DNA of 63,523 nt, filler included, from Basidioascus undulatus (taxonomy: Eukaryota), in assembly GCA_000826855.1 (NCBI GenBank). It is 3 parts of 3 records of this genome, joined end to end, with 100 filler letters (N's around TTAATTAATTAA, not from the genome) between each part and the next. Parts side by side here need not be neighbours in the genome. Positions count along the whole stretch, not along the records: positions 1 to 18,664 come from JTLS01000453.1; 2 more parts are not named here. One strand, given 5' to 3'. Under the pieces are notes generated by a model. That model saw only the letters and a list, made by a program, of their open reading frames with translations. It was not told the origin of the DNA and did no database searches. Both the position numbers and the translations under genes were made by a program. Positions within the stretch are counted from its first letter, which is position 1. Every line of letters starts with the position of its first letter. Shown piece after piece: positions 1 to 13,198 of the stretch.

Positions 1-1667
1 GTTCAGCTGATAGACGGGGGGGAGGATGGGGAATAGAGCACACCTTCTCGAGAAGAGAACGGCATGGTGACGACGCCGTACGCGGCCGGCTGGCCGTAGA
101 GACAGCAGACAAAGTCCGACAGGTAGTCGAGCACGGACAGGTCGTGCTCGACCGCGATGACGTAGACGTGGGGGTTGAGGAGGGAGCGGATGACCTGCGC
201 AGCATTCAGACGCTGCTTGATGTCGAGGTAGGAACTGCAGAGACGTCAAGGTCAGGTTTCGCCAGTGTACGCCAGTCATCCAAGTGCCAGCGAACCTGGG
301 CTCGTCGAACATGTACCTGTTTGGGAGTAAGGTCAGCATGCGTGGCGTTCAGAGAAAGCGACAGTGGTAGACGTACACATCCGCCTTCTGGACACAAGAC
401 ATAGCGATCGCGAAGCGCTGGAGCTCTCCACCAGAAAGCTGGGAGATCTCGCGGTCGAGGACGTCGTTGAGCTGGAGGACATCGCAGAGATTCTCCTTTT
501 TGTCGAGCTCGTTCTTGGAGTCGAGCATCTTGGAGACGGTCGTGGGGACCTTGATCGCGCGCGGGATGTGGTCGACGTACTGCGGCTTGATGAGCGCCTT
601 TAGGTCGTCCTCGAGCACCTTTGTGAAGTAGTTTTGCAGCTCGGAGCCGCGGTAGTGCTTCAGGATGTCCTGCCAGTCGGGAGGATCCTGGGTGCCGTGC
701 AAGATGAAACAATCAGCATGCAGTCCCACACGGAGGGCTCCTTCCGACCTGGGAGCAGACCAGCGGCTCCGCCCATCTGCCCCACAAGGCTCGCCCAACC
801 CCTATCATACTTCTCACACGCAGCCAACCGCCCCTGCCATCCTCCAGTCACCACAACCGCACTGCTCCAATACTCACGTCGTACTTGCCCAAATTGGGCT
901 TCTGCTTGCCCGCCAAGATCTTAAGCGCCGTCGACTTGCCCGTGCCGTTCTGCCCCACGAGACCGAGGACCTGCCCCGCGCGCGGCGTCGGTAGCCGGTG
1001 CAGCTTAAACGAGTTAGCCGAGTAGCGGTGCGAGACCTGGCTCTCGAGGTTGGTGGGGAGGTTGATGATTTGGATGGCCTCGAAGGGGCACCTGGGGGCG
1101 GCACGTGAGCATGGCGGGCGGGCGAGCATGCGAGGGGAACGGGGGGCGCACTTTTTGGCGCAGAGCTGGGAAACGAAGGGAGAGAGGGTGAGTAGGTGGA
1201 GTATGGTGTGGTGAAGGAGTATGGCTTACACCGCAACCTGGAAAGGGGGAATTCAGCGAACCTCGACGACATGCTTCCAAGGCGGAAACGCACCGATACA
1301 GAGGGTCTCAGAGATGAAAGCAATCTGTTCATCCCAGACCCGTCAATACCCTTCCCATTCACCCAACAAATCCCAAGACTAGCCTTGTCGTTCGGGTTGA
1401 CCTCGATACAGAGCTTGCCTGTGGCGCGAAGACACCCCTCCCGTCAGCTCCCTCGGCTCCCCCGCCACCCGTCCACACGCGACTCACCCATCTTCACGAC
1501 AGGGCAAGCCTTCTTGCACTCCTGCCTACACTTCTTGGGCTTGCACTTGTCATTGTTGACAAGCGCGATCCTGCAAACATGCAAGAGTCAGGACCACGCG
1601 CTCATGGTATACTCGTGTGCGAGCTGGGGCTGGCGGGCGCAGCGGACCTCGTGAGCTTGTCCGCCAT
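1..1667 (-). CDS. RLI1: ABCE1/Rli1 ribosome recycling factor (Fe-S ABC ATPase), 5' part; gene continues beyond the window start
   Basis: Spliced translation: MADKLTR...[61 protein letters not shown] (two 4Fe-4S motifs), Walker A GQNGTGKS, signature [12 protein letters not shown], and [10 protein letters not shown]. Confidence 0.97.
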
Positions 1668-4600
1668 TGTGTCGCTGCTGCTGATGGTCTAGGGGCGCGG
1701 CGGGGGGGCTGGTGACGGCGGTAAGGGGCAACGACGAGGATAAAGTGCCGGGCGGTGACGAGGAAGACGCGAACGACGAAGGAGCGGGCTTCAAGCGAGG
1801 CCAATTGCGGCCTTACAAAAACGAGAGCTGCCTTTCAAGATCGTGGGAGAAACTGATGTGAGCCGGCACCGCTGAAAGAACTGCCGACTCGGATGCAGTA
1901 GTGGACGGGTTGCTGCCCGTTATTCTGATTAAAACAATAAAAAAAATTGAAATACGACACGATTTCCAGAATCCGAGAAACCTCAATCAAATGAGCGGTG
2001 CCGCACTGCAGGTACTCCCTTCGTGGCTGCGAGTCATACCACATGAACTGCATGCTGATAACTGTCGTGCTCTACGACCGAAAGCAAGGACACGATGAGA
2101 AGCAAGTACATAAAAAAGTTTTCAAGATGGATACCTAGTCGAGAGAACAAGAGGTTCAGAAGAGCGAACGTTAACATGATCAGGTGGTGTCAAGAGCATT
2201 ACCCTCAATGCAGGCATCCCGGGTGCCTGTAAATCAAAAGTCTCGCATTAATGATTTTGTTCGTTCATGGAAGACGCCCTAAATGGAGCTATTGTCAATC
2301 AAAACACCCTCAACACCACCCTCGACCCTAAATCCAGGTCCTGCACCTCGCAAAAGCCGGCTGCGGCCTGACAGACCAAAGCGAATCTTACCTGCGCCTT
2401 GTAAGCTTTATTTCGAAGAGACCTTTGAGTAACCGTAATCAGTTTACTCTGACTGCAAGTCTCAGCTAAGTCTGGCTGAGTGCACAGTGGACACTGTGTC
2501 TCCTTGGTGTGTGGAGTGCCGATGGGACCAATGTTGGGCCGGTCAAGTATGTCTACTTTCCAGGGATCCACCCCTGTGTAGGACTTAGAGTAACGTCTGG
2601 GTTGGACGTATGGTCCCGCGTATAGCGCTCGATTCACCTATCCTCTGTCCATTGGACCTGTTTACCGCCATTGCCTGTGTACTTATTTTTGTGCATTTCA
2701 GAGGATATAGCTCGGGTCCGCAACATGAAAATATTGAAATTTCCTTATCTTTTCTTGATGGTAACGTACCCAGATAGAAGCAAAGGGATGTTACGCAAGA
2801 CGTTGTCCTGCAGCCGGATGCACTGTATGCTTTGTTTCTTCTGCTTTCATGGTGATCACCTTGTCCGCCTACATTTTCTTGAAAGGAGCCAATGTCAGTA
2901 GATCTACGCTTGACCAAACAGATTGTTGGGTCAGGATAAGGGATCTTGCTGGGCTTACATTTCCGATTGTCCCGTTCCAGCTCACCCTGAGTCTGAGCCT
3001 TGCTCATCAAGCTACCATATCACAGACCTCTGTGTCCTCTAATGCGAACCCCAGTGCCATGAAGAGCAAGGCTGAACCGAGGCCATCTGGTAGATTGCCG
3101 CAAAGAAGACATTCATTGCAAAGCTCTGAGCGTGTATATTCGTGACAGCACGCGATTGCCTTCACTCTGCGCCCACCCTCAGCTACGCAATCACTCCACC
3201 TGGTCCTCCTACTTGCCCTCGCAGAAACATCCCGTGTGCGTAGTCACCACGTCCCCTACCCAAGACAGACATAGCATTTGACCGACGCCACGACCAGCGG
3301 GTCCCACGGCTTCCCGTAGCGCGTCCAAATCTCAACATGATCGAGCTTGGAGAAGGTTGAGATGGTCTCTTTGGGCAGGAATAGTACTGCTTCGTCATCA
3401 TCGTTACCGGAGGGGTCCAAAAGGCACGCGAGTCACAGGCCCACAGTCGCCTGCAGCACGAGATGGCGAAGCGTCAGAAGCTCAAGGACGCCGGGCGGAA
3501 GAGCCTCGTTACTAAAAGATGGACCTCTGCACTCAGCTTAAGCCAGCCGTAAATCCGCCGACCTCAGCAGACGCCTCATGTTCAAGAAAAGATTCAGTTG
3601 CCTTGACTGCCAGATCGAGCCTGCCAAGAACACTGCACAAGTCTTTCTCATACATAGAAAATATACCAGAGCTAACCAGATCTGGTGGCCCTTAAGAGAC
3701 CAAGACACAAATTCAGATTAACGGGCTGCAAGTCCGCAGACTGCTTTCTTCCGCTGCCTTGGCCCGCCATCCACAACCCTTGACTTATTATTCTCAAGGC
3801 ATATGTAGCGGCCATATACCTTAACTCCTATCTGAGAAGACCTATCATATCCTCCATCCCGGCCACCACGTTGGTTTGCAACCGCTGCGGCCTGTGGGCA
3901 CTGCACAGTGGCCCTCTCCCTGATTATGTGTGTGCATCGCCGGCAGAAAAGATGAATCCCTCACTGAATCCACTATCCAGCTCAGAGGCGGAACCCCATA
4001 CTCATCTCACAGCTTTCCATTGCTACACGACCTGAGGTCGATGTAATCGAAGGTCTTGAGCGAGCGTCCTCGTTCCTGGTCACGGCGCAGCCTGTCAATC
4101 TTCTGTGGCCCAGCAAATGGTGTTATACATATGTATTTTCGAGCTGAGCTAATAGTGCAGATGCGAAGGTCGCTGAGAAAAGGGTGTTCTAAAGCCGAAA
4201 CATACATATCACTGCGCCGCCTCCCTAGGCAATCACGGGGGCGAACTCTCGATTGTATCAACACGAAAAAGAAAGATGAAACGGAACACAAGCAATCAAA
4301 TTGACTAGGAACGATCGTCGCCGCAGTGGCGCTTGGAGGGATGCGGGCTCAGCTCATGAAGGTCTGTGCTTGCAGACGTAAATGCAGAGCCCCAACAATG
4401 GAGCAGACGATAAAGCGAATGAAGGAGCAGATGGGGGATATGATGTAGAGGGTGTTGAAGAGCCAGGAGAGTCGGACGGGGTGTGTGTGTGCAACGATGG
4501 AGGAGACGTAGCGGGCAGAGGCGGCTCGAAATAGAGGGTGTGCCAGAACGATGGGGCGCGACAGAGGAGCGACCGAAAGGATTAAGCTCTTGAAGTACGT

Positions 4601-4908
4601 TCGGAGAGGCTGACACCGCGTGCGGGTGGGGCGGGTGGGCTGTAGATCGTTTGCCGTAATGTCGAGTCGCACTTGCCAGTGAAGCGAAGCCAGATTGTTT
4701 TCGTAGTCTTCCACAGACAAGTACTGCCCCTAGTCATTCTTTAACATCTCCAATTCGAAGACCACCGCAACCCGCCCGAAACCCTCGCATCAGACCAAAA
4801 GAAATACGACCGACTCTGTGCCGTGAGCAGCCGGAACAAGGGTCAAGATCAATGCCAACAGAACCCCATCCCGCCGCCTCCAGGGCTGACCACGTCTCCT
4901 GTCCCTCC

Positions 4909-5228
4909 TTATTTCTGCACATCATCCTCAAAGGCCATACCCCTCCCACCCGGCGCAGGCGAGTACTTGCTGTGCGGCAACGCCTTGGGCATACCCGGTC
5001 TGTCCCTCAGCCCAGCGGGCCGGTCGACGGGCACGTCGGGGTCATGCTCCTCTAACAAAAGATCCCCATTATACAACAGTGTCTTCGAACAGGGAGGTGC
5101 ACAAGAGATAGGTACTCACCCGTCGGCCCAACCCACTTCACTTCCTGCCCTAGCACGTCCGCCTGGCGGTCCACGACGCCGTAGGGGGCGTCTTTGGGGG
5201 GTTGACGGGACATGGGGGGGTTGGACAT
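4909..5228 (-). CDS. Small two-exon hypothetical protein (83 aa)
   Basis: ATG 5228, exon 5228-5120, GTGAGT...TTAG intron 5119-5052, exon 5051-4909 ending TAA; spliced frame is open (MSNPPMSRQPPKDAPYGVVDRQADVLGQEVKWVGPTEEHDPDVPV...AFEDDVQK). Confidence 0.5.
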
Positions 5229-5638
5229 GGCTTTAATATGGGATGGAGTCTTTGGTATAGAGTCGCTGCTGGATCGGTGGAGTTGGAAGGAGAGTCGCAG
5301 TGGGAACCAGGGAACCCGTAGCTCGAGAGGATGATGCGAGGCTTTCTGGCCGGAAGGGGCGTGTCGCGTGGGCGGCTTTCACAGTCATTCTGATTTGAAT
5401 AGCCCAAAAACAGAAGGGAACTGTAAATTCCCAAGGCATGAGAGATGGCACAGACCTCAGCTGATTTCAGGCGCCCCGGCCATGCAGGCCTGAAAATGCG
5501 TGCTCTCGCACTCTTCCAGTACGACTTCTTCAAGCCCTACAACACTTTCAGGCCGCATCTCCCAAGCGGCATAGCAAGCGTCTATATGCAGTTTGTCCCC
5601 AGCCTCAAATCAACCCTCCCTCCTATCTCCGCGAGCCC

Positions 5639-7442
5639 TCAGCAGCCCTGCGGCTTCTTCCCCTCCTTGCCGACCCGCTCCTGCTCCAAAATATCAAACA
5701 CAGCCTCAAGCACGTACCCCGCCTTCTCGATGTCCTCCTCAGTGACATTCAAGCTGGGCACAATGCGCAAGACGTCGCTGCCGGCAGTGAGGACGAGCAG
5801 GCCGCGCTCGCGCGCGAGCTGCATCGCACGCGCCGGGAGGTCCGCGCTCGCGAGCGGGATGCCGAGGATGAGCCCACGCCCGCGGATGGGCGACGTGATC
5901 AGCGCGCGGTACTGCTCGCGCAGGGCGCGCAGGCGCTTTTGGAGCGCTGCGGCCGAGGCGGACAGCTGAGGAAGGAAGGACGGCGCGGAGAGCTGCGAGA
6001 GCACGTGGTGCGCTACGCGCGTGGAGAGAGGGGAGCCGCCGAAGGTCGTGCCGTGCGAGCCTGGTGAAGGGGTGAAGGGTGAGGGATGAGAGGAGGAAGG
6101 AGGGGGGACGGAGGGGGAAGGAAGGACTCACCGATGTTGATCACGGAGGCGACGGGGTCGCGCATCAGGATGGCCCCGATTGGGAACCCGTTCGCGAGCG
6201 GCTTCGCCATCGTCACGATGTCGGGGTGGCAGTCGGGCGGCAGAGCAGAGTGGGCCCACATGGTCGTCGTCCGGAAGAGACCGCACTGTGTTGGGCAGCG
6301 TCGAGTCAGTCCCAGCCGACAGAGAAGGACGCTGTGATGGTACAACGCACCTGAATCTCGTCAAAGATGAGGACAGCCCCCACCTCGTCACAGCGCTTGC
6401 GGAGCGCGCGGAGGAAATTCTCGTCCGCCTCGTAGATGCCGCCCTCGCCCTGAACGGGCTCGACGATGACGCCGGACGTCTTCTCAGTAACGAGAGACTG
6501 TATCGCGTCGATGTCATTGAGCGTGCCGACGTGCACGTCAGGGATGAGCGGGGCGAAGGGGTCCTGGTACTTGGGGTTGGGTGTAACGCTGAGCGCGCCC
6601 ATCGAGCGGCCGTGGAACGCGTTCCGGAACGCGACGAGGCCCGTCTTGCCCTTGCCGCCGACCTCCTTGCCGTGCTTGCGCGCAAACTTGAGCGCGCCCT
6701 CGTTCGCCTCCGTGCCCGAGTTGGCGAAGAAGACTTTGAGCCCCTCGCCCTCCTCCGGGCTGCCCGGCGCGTCCCCCAGCCCGCCGTGCCGCTTCGTCAG
6801 GGACGTGAGCAGCACGGCGAGCTCGCCCGACCACTCGTTGTGATACAGGTTCGAGCAGTGCACGAGCTTCGCGGCCTGTTCGGCCATGACCTTCGCGACG
6901 CCCGGGTCGGCGTGGCCCAGCGCGTTGACCGCGATGCCGGAGGAGAAGTCGAGGTAGGGGCGGTTTTGAGTGTCGTAAATGTAGGAGCCACGGCCGTGGG
7001 TGAAAATGAGCGAGGGGCGCGAGTAGGTGTTGAGCGTGCTCTGTGCGTGCCGGACGAGCGCGGACTGCACTTCAGCGGGGGGAGGGAGATCGGGGTGGGT
7101 GGGCTCGAGGTAGGCTTCAGCCTGGGGAGAGAGAGAGTAAGTATATCAGTCAGGTGGTCTTCCAATGCATAGATGGTTGCGCTCATGTCATCGGAAATAC
7201 CATCGCGAGACGGAGCTGATGCCCAGCCTCCATGGGCACTCCCAGTCTCGGAGAGATCGCTCTTCTTCGGAGGCTCCGCTCCCCAGACCCCTCATGTAGG
7301 ACTTGTCCCATTCTAGCCCATTTTCCCTGATCGATCCTCTACAAAGACGCGACAGACTCACCGCCGTGGAGATACCCCGCCCAGCAGGCGCCCTAAGCGC
7401 TGAACGAGCGCTCGCAAGGCGCGCAATCCGGAGAGTAGCCAT
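5639..7442 (-). CDS. ARG8: Acetylornithine aminotransferase, mitochondrial (class III PLP enzyme)
   Basis: Arg-rich presequence MATLRIARLASARS; YLDFSSGIAVNALGH, NSGTEANEGALKFARK, FHGRSMGALS, IVEPVQGEGG, LIFDEIQ|CG, PDIVTMAKPLANGFPIG, RGRGLILG. Confidence 0.96.
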
Positions 7443-9197
7443 CGTGTTTTGGGGCTATTATCAGGATAAATTAAGAAAGAAATGAGGATGAGGAGCGAGA
7501 AGAGCGGCTGCAGCTGGAGAAAACGCAGCAGGCTCGAGTCAGATGAAGGTAAGCAACTTCGAGGGGGCGAGATAAGGCCAAGGCGGGAAGACGCCCTTCG
7601 GCTGATTCGGGCGTTCGGATGCAAACGGCCGTTCCTCGCACAGTCTGTTGCGCTGCGTCGCTTTATTTTTTATTTATTTTTTCTGGCACTCGTTCATTAT
7701 TCACAGACGTACTACAAAAATATGTATCGATCTTCACTCTGAGCAGAGGGGTCTGCCGACACCGGTTTGAAGACGACGCGGTGTCACCCCAAGGTGACTC
7801 AGTGCACTCGTGAAGATTGACTCCACTACTTGGCGACCTGGAGTTGGCGCTGAAGGTTGAACAAGACATGTTGAATAAACAATGATGGCCTGGTACATAT
7901 CACAAGTACAAGCTTTGCCTCGAGCGGTGTCCAAGATCTTACCCTTGAGCGAGGCCAGTCATCTCGCCTCCCTCGACGTCGCTCCCCACCGTATTTTGAG
8001 AAACTTATTACATGTTCTTCTTGAAATTTACTCTCCAGACGTATGTGTCATGGCAGCGAACGTATCGGTCTTGTCGAGCTGCACTTCATCGATCATTACA
8101 GCTGATTTCGTGTTGCTTTCATGTTTATGTCTGAGCCCGCCTGCAAAAGAAAGCCTGACCTATGTGGCTAAGTATGAAAGCGCCCCTGAGCCGGGGTTCA
8201 TTAATATTTTTCAGGACTTAGTGCAAACTGATTGGAAGAAGCGTGGGTGTTGTCGCACAACGACACCTTGCGCCGCAAAGACATCTCACGATAGGGATGC
8301 TCCCAAATGGCGATATGTCTTTTTTCACACTCAGACTCCTCAGGGAGGCTTGTGCAATGTCCTTGCCCTCAAGGTAAATTGAACATCCACTTACACCCCT
8401 TCTTGGACGCGCCCAGTATTAGGCAAGCCGCTGCGTTAGTATCACACTCCGTGAACCGCGAGGCAGACGTGCTACTATGGCAACAAGTGAAGTCGGTTGG
8501 ACCGACAGGTGTATTCCTACTCCTTCTACCTCTGTATACCTGTTCATTTTCTGTTATTGTGTTATGGGTTTCGATAGAGGAACACAACCCGATATGCCCG
8601 TTGACCGCCGCATGTCCAAGACACTGTCGCACAGCGATAGGTACTTGTCGGCGGCGGATGGGAGGGGAATGGTTTATGAGGAGGATTTTGGTAAATAATG
8701 AGGCAATGAGGATGGTGGTCGGTAGGAAACCCTCTTGTTTGGACGGCACTGCAAAAGAATCTGGCGTCGCTTGGGCGCAATTACCCTACCCAAAGCCCAC
8801 CAATACTCACTAGGTGCGAGCGTCTCAATAGTATTTTTTCAGATGGTAATTATTCAGCACATGTATAAAAGTTCCAAAGGATCCGAGTGTACGGGGCTGC
8901 AAAGGTCTGTTTCGAGCTCGGCACGCTGCGTCGACATCAGGACAATTTTTGCTTCATGGGAAGCAACTGTGTAGGGAACAAAGAATAATCCATGCTCCCA
9001 ATGTCCTGTCTGAAAAAGGGGTAGGAGTCCTCAGGCCTAGCTGGAGTGTGTCTTATTTGGTTACGTCAGGCCAGCTGCCGCGCCGGCGCAGCTTCTCCCT
9101 CGTTCCCGACTGTCATCATCATCCCACCTCCGAACTCACCCATGTTCAATTGGCTCCAGCTTTAGGCCTTTCGAGATATTCCGCACAGCCTTTTCGA

Positions 9198-10016
9198 ATG
9201 TCTCTTCCCAAGCCGCCCTTCGATATTCACACGTGCATCATAGACGAGGCCGGGGCGCCGTCGCATCCCCTCGCGTACATGCGGGACTCGGCAACGCTTG
9301 CCTCGCTCTGCCTCGTTTGCACGCTTTCAACGCACTTGCAACACCGATTCTCTACAAATCCATCACGCTTTGGGACGAGGACAACGTGTACCTCCTCCAT
9401 TGCACAGCGAAAGCGAACCCGCAACTCTTGGCTCAAACCACTGCCCTGGCAGTGTCAGGTTACTGGCCCGCACAGGAGCCAGCAAAGGCCATGATTTCAA
9501 GGACCCCTGCCGTGCGACGCCTATTCTGCGCTCCAACACTTTCCACTGCTGTCCCCCAGCATAAGCTCTCGCTGCACAAACTTGCGATTCCAAGCGAACC
9601 GTTCAGGGAGTGGGACGCCAAGTCGCTGCTGGCCGTTACACACCTGGCCATTTCCAAAGCCTTCATTCATCTCCACATATTGTGAAGGTGCTGCTCGGCA
9701 TGCTCTGTCTCGCTCATCTCGCACTCAGCCAGCCATGTAGGAAAAGCAATCTGTTTAACAATAATTCAACGCACCTTGCGCAATTTCTCACGCGGGCGCC
9801 AGCGCTGAAGAGTTTGATCTTGGGTATCGTTCCAACCGCCGAGCTCTCGAAGGAGGATCTCTGGACCGAATTAGACGCGACAATTCTCCTCCCTCGCCGG
9901 GTCGATGTGGTGGTGCTGGCATGGGATGGGCAGTGGCCGGGGCAGGCAGGCCAGCTGGTTCAGCGAGCGCATTATCAACGGAACGCTGTGGGGGCTTGAA
10001 CAGCTTGAGGAGTAGG
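9198..10016 (+). pseudogene. F-box-like, lineage-expanded family gene, copy 1 (frameshifted)
   Basis: MSLPKPPFDIHTCIIDEAG...TLASLCLV, then a frameshift to HAFNALATPILYKSITL; further shifts/stops; ends WFSERIINGTLWGLEQLEE*. Colinear with 10780-11574. Confidence 0.6.
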
Positions 10017-10779
10017 GGTAGCAGAGGGGCTTTAAACTTGTACTATTGGCACTTTAAAAATATTTTTGGTGTGATTCGCACGGGTGTCCGATGGTGGACC
10101 GAGCCCACTGTGAGAGGGTCTACCCACATGAAGTTGGACCACCCCCAAGCAGAAATCACGAACAGGATGGAGGATATCAGCAGCAATACATTGAATGCTG
10201 TCATCGAAGTACGCACCTATCCAGGACATTACAATGCCTCAGGTTTGTTGTTCCCTTGTCACATTCAGTGCAACACATTTTGCCACGTCCTGCTTTAAAA
10301 TGACCTGTTTCTGCTTCCAGATAGGCCCTTCCTAAGACGTCCAAGAAATTGATAGTTTTGCCGTGCACTGGGATGTTGTCACGGCAAGAGAAAAGCAAAG
10401 AGCGAAGAATCGGACAAAAACCCCGCTCTTACCTCTATTTGAACCACATAGAAATCTCAGGCAATGTTGATGGATAGAAAATGAGCACAATTGACGATGA
10501 AGGCGCAGGATGCTATTGGGCCGTATATGGTCATTCAAAGTGCAACTGTTCAGCAGTCATCCTGAAGCTATAGCTCTAGGGAAGTCATAGATATTTCGCG
10601 GACCTCTATTTCGCTGAGATCGGGGAAGTCTTAGCATTCCATCTGAGCCGCCTGAGATTCCCCGTCCGCGCACGCCGATGCAAACACCCGCGCGGATCCT
10701 GGCTCTTCCCTTGACCATCATCTTCTTCCCAACCAATTTCGTCTAACTTCAAGCGCAGAGCCTGTGCACTTCTTCACAG

Positions 10780-11574
10780 ATGTCTCCTGTGGAGCTGTCT
10801 TTCGACATTTAAGCGCTCATCATCGCCGAGGTCGGGGCCCCCTCGTATCCACTTGCGTACCCTCGGGATTGGGCGACGCTCGCCTTGTTGCGCCTTGTTT
10901 CGCGCACATTCAACACGCTGGCGACGCCGCTTCTCTACGAATCTGTCTTCATCGCATCATCATTTCAAGCGGGCCTACTCTCTCGCACAGCGTGGGGAAA
11001 CCCACAGCTCTTGGCTCAAACTACTGGCGTGGAGCTATCGTTGCCGGCAAGGTCCAACGACGACTATCCTTTCGAAGACCCGTGCCGCACGGCGCCTATT
11101 TAGGGGACCAGGACCTTTTGATGAAGCCTCTTTGGGCGGGCTCCCGCTGGAGGAACTTTTAGTCCCATACGTTGCGTTTCGAAAGTGCAACTCCCTGGTT
11201 TCAGTGGCACGCCTCGCCGTTTCGAAAGTCACCTTGCAGCATTTACCAGAGATCCTAGCTGTGCTGTTAGAAATGTCCTGCCTTAGTCCTCTTGCACTTA
11301 AACATGGAGAGGACAGCTATTTGCTTTTCGATCAACCCCAAAACGGCCTCGCGCAGTATATTCGGCAGGCGCCATCGCTGGAGAGATTGATCTTGGGCAT
11401 GCTGGTGGACGTCCAGTACTCCAAGATATCTGCACCGAACTGGATGAGATATTTCCTCCGCCTCGCAGAATTGACGTGGTAGTATTGGCATGGGGTCGGC
11501 GGTGGGCGGGCAGGCAGGCGGGCTGGTTCAGCGAGCGCACCATCGATGTAACGCTCTGGGAGCTTGACGAGTAG
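10780..11574 (+). pseudogene. F-box-like, lineage-expanded family gene, copy 2 (nonsense codon and frameshifts)
   Basis: MSPVELSFDI*ALIIAEVGAPSYPLAY...LRLVSRTFNTLATPLLYESV...NPQLLAQTT; in-frame TAA at codon 11; ends GWFSERTIDVTLWELDE*. Confidence 0.6.
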
Positions 11575-12138
11575 GGGGGGAAAGGGCAAAACAGGGATAC
11601 ATGAGGGCGTATCGATAGGATATTTGTACAAGCTGTTATATTGAACCGAGCGGGTCTCCGGCGGCGGACCTTGCCCACTGCAAGAACGGCTTGCCGCATG
11701 AAGTTCTTGCTGGCTCATGCTGCGGTTATGAGCTGGAAGCATTAGGCTGGTGAGTGAGCCACATATACGGCGGAATGCCTGCCTTTAATAGCTTCACATA
11801 TCTTCACGATTTTGGGTACCTCGCTGCTACACTCTGGAGGTGGCACTGCGACACATTTGGCCGCGCCCCATTTCTTTGGGAACCAGTGCGTTCCATGGTG
11901 TGTCCGATATCATTCAAGAACTTCCGTACAAATGTTGAGAGTTTTGGTACTGAATTAATACATACCAAACAGCATGCAACAATCGCAAACGAAGCTGCGA
12001 CCAGTCGCCCGGAAGCTCCAGCCCCGTTCCATCACTGTGACGGTGCGCTTTCGGCCCCTTGCCCTCACCTCACCTCCCTCCATTCAGTTCAGCAGTAGCC
12101 TTGCTATTTCTTCCGCCTCTTTCGACCATCCACTCCCG

Positions 12139-12188
12139 GCATCGAGCATCACTCCTTCGAGCATCGAGCATCAAGCATCGAGCATCGA
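12139..12188 (+). repeat. Degenerate heptamer (GCATCGA)n upstream of a hypothetical gene
   Basis: gcatcga gcatca ... gcatcga gcatcaa gcatcga gcatcga read directly. Confidence 0.7.
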
Positions 12189-12229
12189 AAAGAACGCGAC
12201 CGACGTTTCTAGGCGCGACCGGAGAGAAC

Positions 12230-13198
12230 ATGTCTTCCGCCGCCGGATTCAAATACGCTCCGCCGTACAGTGCCGATCAGGAGATGTCGGAGGCAGAGGA
12301 AGAGGGGACGGGAGACGTCGAGATGAAGCAGGATCGAGGGGAGAAGCGGGTACGGGTACGTCTGCCTTCTTCACAAGGGAGGGAACCTGCACTGCAGGAG
12401 CTGAATATGCAGCGTCGACGCCGGGGCAGACCGACGTGACGCCCACACCCTCGAACTCCCCCACAAACCGCGCCCCCTCCCCCCCACGACCGCAAGGGGC
12501 CTGGCTCCCCCCTCCCGGCTCCCGTGCAGCAGCGGCCCTGGCGAACCTCTTTGACGAGTCCGAGCGGTCCACTCCCGAGCCTGAGCGGGCGGGCCCGCCC
12601 GTCCCGGAGGACGACGAGCGGCGGTGGGAGGTTGTCGACTCTGATGAGCTGGAGCGCAAGGTTGGGCCGGAAGTGCATAGGGAGGTAGGGGAGGATTCTT
12701 TGCGGGCAGGGAGGGATCCGGGCGAGTCGTGCTTCTGGCGGTATGTGTAGTCCGCCGTGTTCCAGGATGGTCTTTCTTACGCTTGCCCTTGTGCTTCCTC
12801 TCCCCCTTCTCGCCCTGTCTTGTTTGGGCATGGAATTACTTTGCTTCCTCTGCTGCATAGGCCAAGATTTTTGCCGAGCAGCGTGCTTTGAGGTCCTCTT
12901 TATCTTGAAAGATGTCAGTAGCTGAGCTTCTCGTTCATATTTTGGTTTCGTGGAGACCCAGCACAGCGGACAGCTAACGTGTACTCGTCTCCAGGTACTA
13001 GTACTCCGAGACATTATACCTTCCACCGTCGCTCTGCCTCGGGTACATCAAGCGCGGGCCCAAGCAGACCGACCTTTCAATTCTCGAGTGGATTCTGTCA
13101 TGCACGAAGCAACAGGACGAGGTGCCGCAGATCCGCTGCACTTGATGATACAGCAGCTCAGGGAGAAGAGGCTCAGCGGGAAGGGACCGAAGGTATGA
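12230..13198 (+). CDS. Hypothetical multi-exon protein with an acidic/Pro-rich N-terminus
   Basis: ATG 12230 (MSSAAGFKYAPPYSADQEMSE...), plausible GT-AG introns, final exons QDFCRAACFEVLFILKD|VLVLRDII...GKGPKV*; the phase of one junction is unresolved. Confidence 0.45.

Noticed and set aside
1245..1340. Apparent C/D-box snoRNA in an RLI1 intron (GATGA...CTGA)
   Set aside because: Much of the segment is a coding exon ([10 protein letters not shown]).
2299..4720. Minus-strand coding-like fragments between RLI1 and the small ORF
   Set aside because: Possibly another decayed gene, but no recognisable motif or consistent splice model.
6180..7172. Long antisense ORFs (also 35000-35935) and the overlapping off-frame ORF 59902-61116
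   Set aside because: Shadows of GC-rich exons of real genes; no independent coding signal.
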